NCBI GenBank assembly: GCA_028534125.1
Contig: CM052849.1
Coordinates: 3,224,001 to 3,288,000 of the forward strand
Direction of reading: 5' to 3'
DNA: 64,000 nucleotides
From: Lama glama
Lineage: Eukaryota
Made by a program: the position numbers and the translations under genes. Below, piece after piece: positions 60,211-64,000 of this stretch. Under the pieces are notes generated by a model. That model was not told the origin of the DNA. It was given only the letters and a program-made list of their open reading frames with translations, and did no database searches. Within the stretch, counting starts at the first letter, position 1; each line of letters opens with the position of its first letter.

Positions 60211-62079
60211 CCGGGGCCAGGGAGGGTGCAGGTTGGTCCTTGCCCGGCCGTTGGTTTTCTTCCCCAGGCTCCTATTTCCAGGGTTTACCCGGTCCTTGGA
60301 CTTGGGGTGGGTGGGGCTGGAGCTGGGCTGGAGCTGGGAGTTCATTAATGATTAATCTCGGACACTGCGCCAGAGCCGTTGGGGAGGAGGGGCAGGGATC
60401 TTCCCTCTTCCCACCAGCCCTCCCCAGAAGAGGGGCGGTTAGAGCAGGGGCTGGGTGTCAGGGTAAAAGACGGATCCCTTCTGCCTGGGGAAGACCCTGT
60501 GCTGTCCCACTTAGGAGGCAAAGCCACCAAGGAAAGGCTTGTGGGAGTGGGGCAAACTCTGGATACCCAACAGTTCCCTTGTTTCCTGGACCAGTGCCCA
60601 GGAAGGGGGTCCAGCTTGGTCTGCCCCGCTTGGTGCCAAGCCAGCATTTTGGTAACAGCACAGAGCAACACTGTGATCCCTTCCCAGTGGGGACCCCCTT
60701 CCCACCTGCCTAGAGCAGAGGTGATAGGTGCACATCTGGCTGCAGTAACCCTAACCAGTGGGAGGGAGGGAGAGAGGGCCGCAGGCCTGACACCTGATCC
60801 CTGGGTTGCCAAGGTGACAGGTGCCATGGAAATCTTCAGGAGGACAGTCCAGTTGGGAGAATCCAACCTCTTCCTTTATGAAGAGGGTGACCTGAGGCCC
60901 AGAGAGGGTAAGGCTGTGGGCTTGGCTAGACCGGAACAGCCCTATGCTGCTGTACCCTACCTTGCCCTGTGGAGGAGGCATTGTCACTAACCCCATTATC
61001 TGAAAGGGGAAACAGGTTCAGGGAGACTCAGTGACTTGCCCAAGGTCACACAGTTCAAAGGTGGCTAAATTGACCCCAGATACAGTGACTTGCCCCAGCC
61101 CCCATTTCAAGACCCCAGCCTGGTTCATGACCTCTCTGCCCTTCTGAGGTCCTAGCCTCTTGGAGCTGCCATGGACTCCCCAAACCCCTTCCCCCTTGCC
61201 TGCTTAGCTCCCAGCTCTGCCTGACACTCGGGGGGTGGGCAGGCTGCTACCCTGGGAGCAGAGACAACGGAGCCCTGTTCCCAGCTGCCACCTCGGGCTG
61301 CTTCCTCCCTGCTTGTCACTAGGGCAGAGCCCTGCCTGATGGAAGCGGCCTGTGGACAGAGAAGCACACCTCCCTGCCTTGCATCCTCTTGTCTGATGAG
61401 CATGGGTCCGATATTTGAGGGCATGGGTCCAATGCCCTCCTGTCACCCAGCAAGGGAGGAATGTGTCCCTACGGCCCCTCCCTCTGGGCTCTAAGGGACT
61501 GAGTGTGCCATCCTGGTGCAAGAGGCAATGATTAACCTGGGAAAATGACACACAGATGGTGGAATTCCAGGCACAGCAGCAGGTTGGTGAAGGGCTCTTT
61601 CTTCCCTCAAACTGGGCGAGGACTATGGACCAACTCCTTTTAGAAGCCCCATCCTCCTCCAGATTGAGAGGGCAGAATGGAGCACTGTGCCCACGGTGGT
61701 CAGCAGGCTGGGAGCCAGAGGAGTCGCCAGGTGAGAAGTGATGGTTCAGAGGAAGTGGGGTTTCAGAGGAAACCTACCTCCCAGCCCCAGGGCAGAGATG
61801 AGGTGGGGCTTGGGCACCCCCAGATCTGATTCCAGCAGTTTCCAGACTTGCCAGGGGACCCCAGGCAAGTCCTTCCCTCTCTGTGCCTTGGTTTCCTCAG
61901 ATGTGAGATCTGGGGGTTAGGGACCTTGGGTCTGGAGCACGGGAAGTATAGATGCTTGGATGGGGAGGGGGTGGCCCTCCAGGAGTCCCGCTTCTGCCAG
62001 GTGGGTCTAGAAGGGTCAGGATAATAATCTGGGGGTGTGCAAAGGGCTCCGCATGCCTCATCTCATGTGCTCCTCACCT

Positions 62080-62200
62080 CAAGCCCACAAGAAAGTTGCA
62101 TTATCCTCATTCGTTAGGGAATGGAGGCTCAGAGAAGGTAGGTCACTTGCCCAAGGTCTTCCAGCTGGGGAGTGGTGGAGCCAGGACTCAGAGCCAAAGC
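62080..62200. mobile_element. MIR SINE
   Basis: ttatcctcat...gaggctcagagaaggtaggtcacttgcccaaggtc, the MIR core. Confidence 0.6.
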
Positions 62201-64000
62201 CTCTCCAGGATGAGCAAGGCAGGTGGGCAGATCCAAGGCTTTGTGCATAGCAAGTGCTTAGCACCTTTTGAAGACCTTTGTCCTTTCCATATTTTTATGC
62301 AACCAAGTGCATGACATCTGTTTAAAAAACATTTCAGTCATACTGGGAGGTAGAGAGAATGGTTAATATCCACTCCCACATACTCACCTCCCGGGTTCTC
62401 AGGAATTTTGACTAAGAGAACAGGGACGGACTTCTCCGTTAACCTGTGTTTTGCCACTTCTCATTTAGAGCTACTTGGGGTGACTGAAACCTGCCATCTG
62501 GAGGTGTGGTGGTTTTGCCTGGACAAAGCAGTGTAGCAGGCAGACCTGTGGGCTTGCTCGGAGTTTCTGACTGGGCCATTTCGCCCCTCCACAAGTTTCT
62601 GAGGCTCAGTTTCCCTGCCATCATGTGAGTTAGCAGGTGACACTAAGGATGTCTGTCCAGGATACAGATGTGGTTGCCATTTGAAATGGTAGAAATAGGT
62701 GACGTTGCAAGATCAAAAAGTATCTTCTGAGTCATCAAAGAACATTGATTTCTTCTTAATTAGCTGCCGGGCCCCATGCCCAGCTGCAGCCATTCCCCCA
62801 GCCAAGACGGCAGTGGGGGAAAGATGTCAGGGCTTCTCTACATGTTTGGAGGGGGTCCTGCCAGCCAGCAGGCTAAAATGCCCCTCCAGGTGATCCTCCA
62901 CGTCTCTACTCCAGCGCCCCACTCCAGAGGGCCTCAGAGCGAGGAAGCTTCTGGACTTTTGCTAGTCACTGCCCCAGTGTGCCTGGACTGAGGGCCACCC
63001 TCTCCATCTGCACCTTCAACTGTGCAGCTCACACTTCTCAGCTTCTCTGTCCCAGGTCCCTGCTGCCTCTTCCCCACTTTAGGAGATGGAGTTTCAGAGA
63101 GGGCCGCATGGCTGCCGAGGTCACACAGCGAGGTGGGGCATGGTTCAGACTAGTCATAGTTCCCTCCTCCTCCAGCCAGACTGCAGTTTTTCAAAATGGA
63201 AATATCTTTGTTTTATTTTAATTTTTTTCAAAGTAATACAGACTCTGTAAAACAAAATTATATGTGTGTACTATATTTATGTGTGTACATATATGTGTGT
63301 GTATATGTATTTTTTCATGTCATTATAAATTGTGGACATCATTTTAATGAGTATAAAATAGACCATTGGATGAATGTCATATATTTTCTACCATCCCCTA
63401 TTGCTGGATACCTGTTTCTATTTTTCCCCTTTGCTAAAACACTACAATGAACATCTTTGGGCTTCATCTCAGATCTCTTGTTAGATTTTCTTCTTTGAAC
63501 AAATTCCCACAGGTAGAAGTGCTGGGTTTTAGACCTGTAATAGTTGCTGTCAAATATGTGCTCTGAGCACTGTAGGGACAGTCTTTCTGCCCTGCTTTTA
63601 AAAAAAGTCTTCTCCAGTGTCCCCATGAGACTCCCTTCTAGCCACAGGAAACAGCCCTAGGACACCCTCACCCCACCACCTTCTCTGCCAGAGCCCTGTT
63701 TCCTTGTGTGCCCACCAAACAGTACGAATGCCTGCCGACCAGTGAATGGTTCACGGGAGCAGTGGTTCCACAGAATGTTCTGCAGCCAATGGCTTTGGAG
63801 GCCCTTTTGTCTCCTTGGGGGTCTCTTCCCCACCCTGTTCCCCTAAGTGCAGGGGTCTTTCTCCTTCCTCACCTGCTCGTCCTCTGACCTCAGTTCCCAC
63901 CTCTGTGCTCATGACCCCCAAGATCTCCCTCTGGTGCTCTAAGCAGGGGCTCCTTCTGCTCTTTGCACATTCTGCGAGCCTCCCACATCCCCCGGACTCA

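Noticed and set aside
1-64000. Prokaryotic-type systems (CRISPR arrays, operons, IS elements)
   Set aside because: The sequence is intron-containing mammalian DNA; no repeat-spacer arrays were seen.

Overview
Mammalian genomic DNA, most likely a camelid (tRNA-Ala-derived Vic-1-like SINEs). It carries the conserved SLC35E4(-) / TCN2(-) / PES1(+) / GAL3ST1-promoter(+) block known from human 22q12.2. I threaded the exons by hand from splice sites and reading frame. SLC35E4 has 2 coding exons (350 aa). TCN2 has 8 of 9 coding exons visible; exon 2 probably lies in the N gap at 25192-25691. PES1 has 15 coding exons (610 aa) with an in-frame 12-aa triplication in exon 13. A CpG island at about 59.6-60.2 kb fits the GAL3ST1 non-coding first exon by synteny. 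The remainder is LINE-1, ERV/MaLR LTRs, Tigger1, MER20 and MIR. The most interesting unexplained structure is a repeat-poor 40.0-44.3 kb segment. It holds an RFX X-box and a full CRE just upstream of PES1, a chain of minus-strand exon-like units with short introns and partly preserved frames, and an orphan CpG island. This is a candidate unannotated or decaying testis/cilia-type gene lying head-to-head with PES1. Also notable: a 39-bp exact copy of SLC35E4 coding sequence inside its own intron, next to a 40-bp tandem duplication. All homology statements come from memory of the families; no searches were run.
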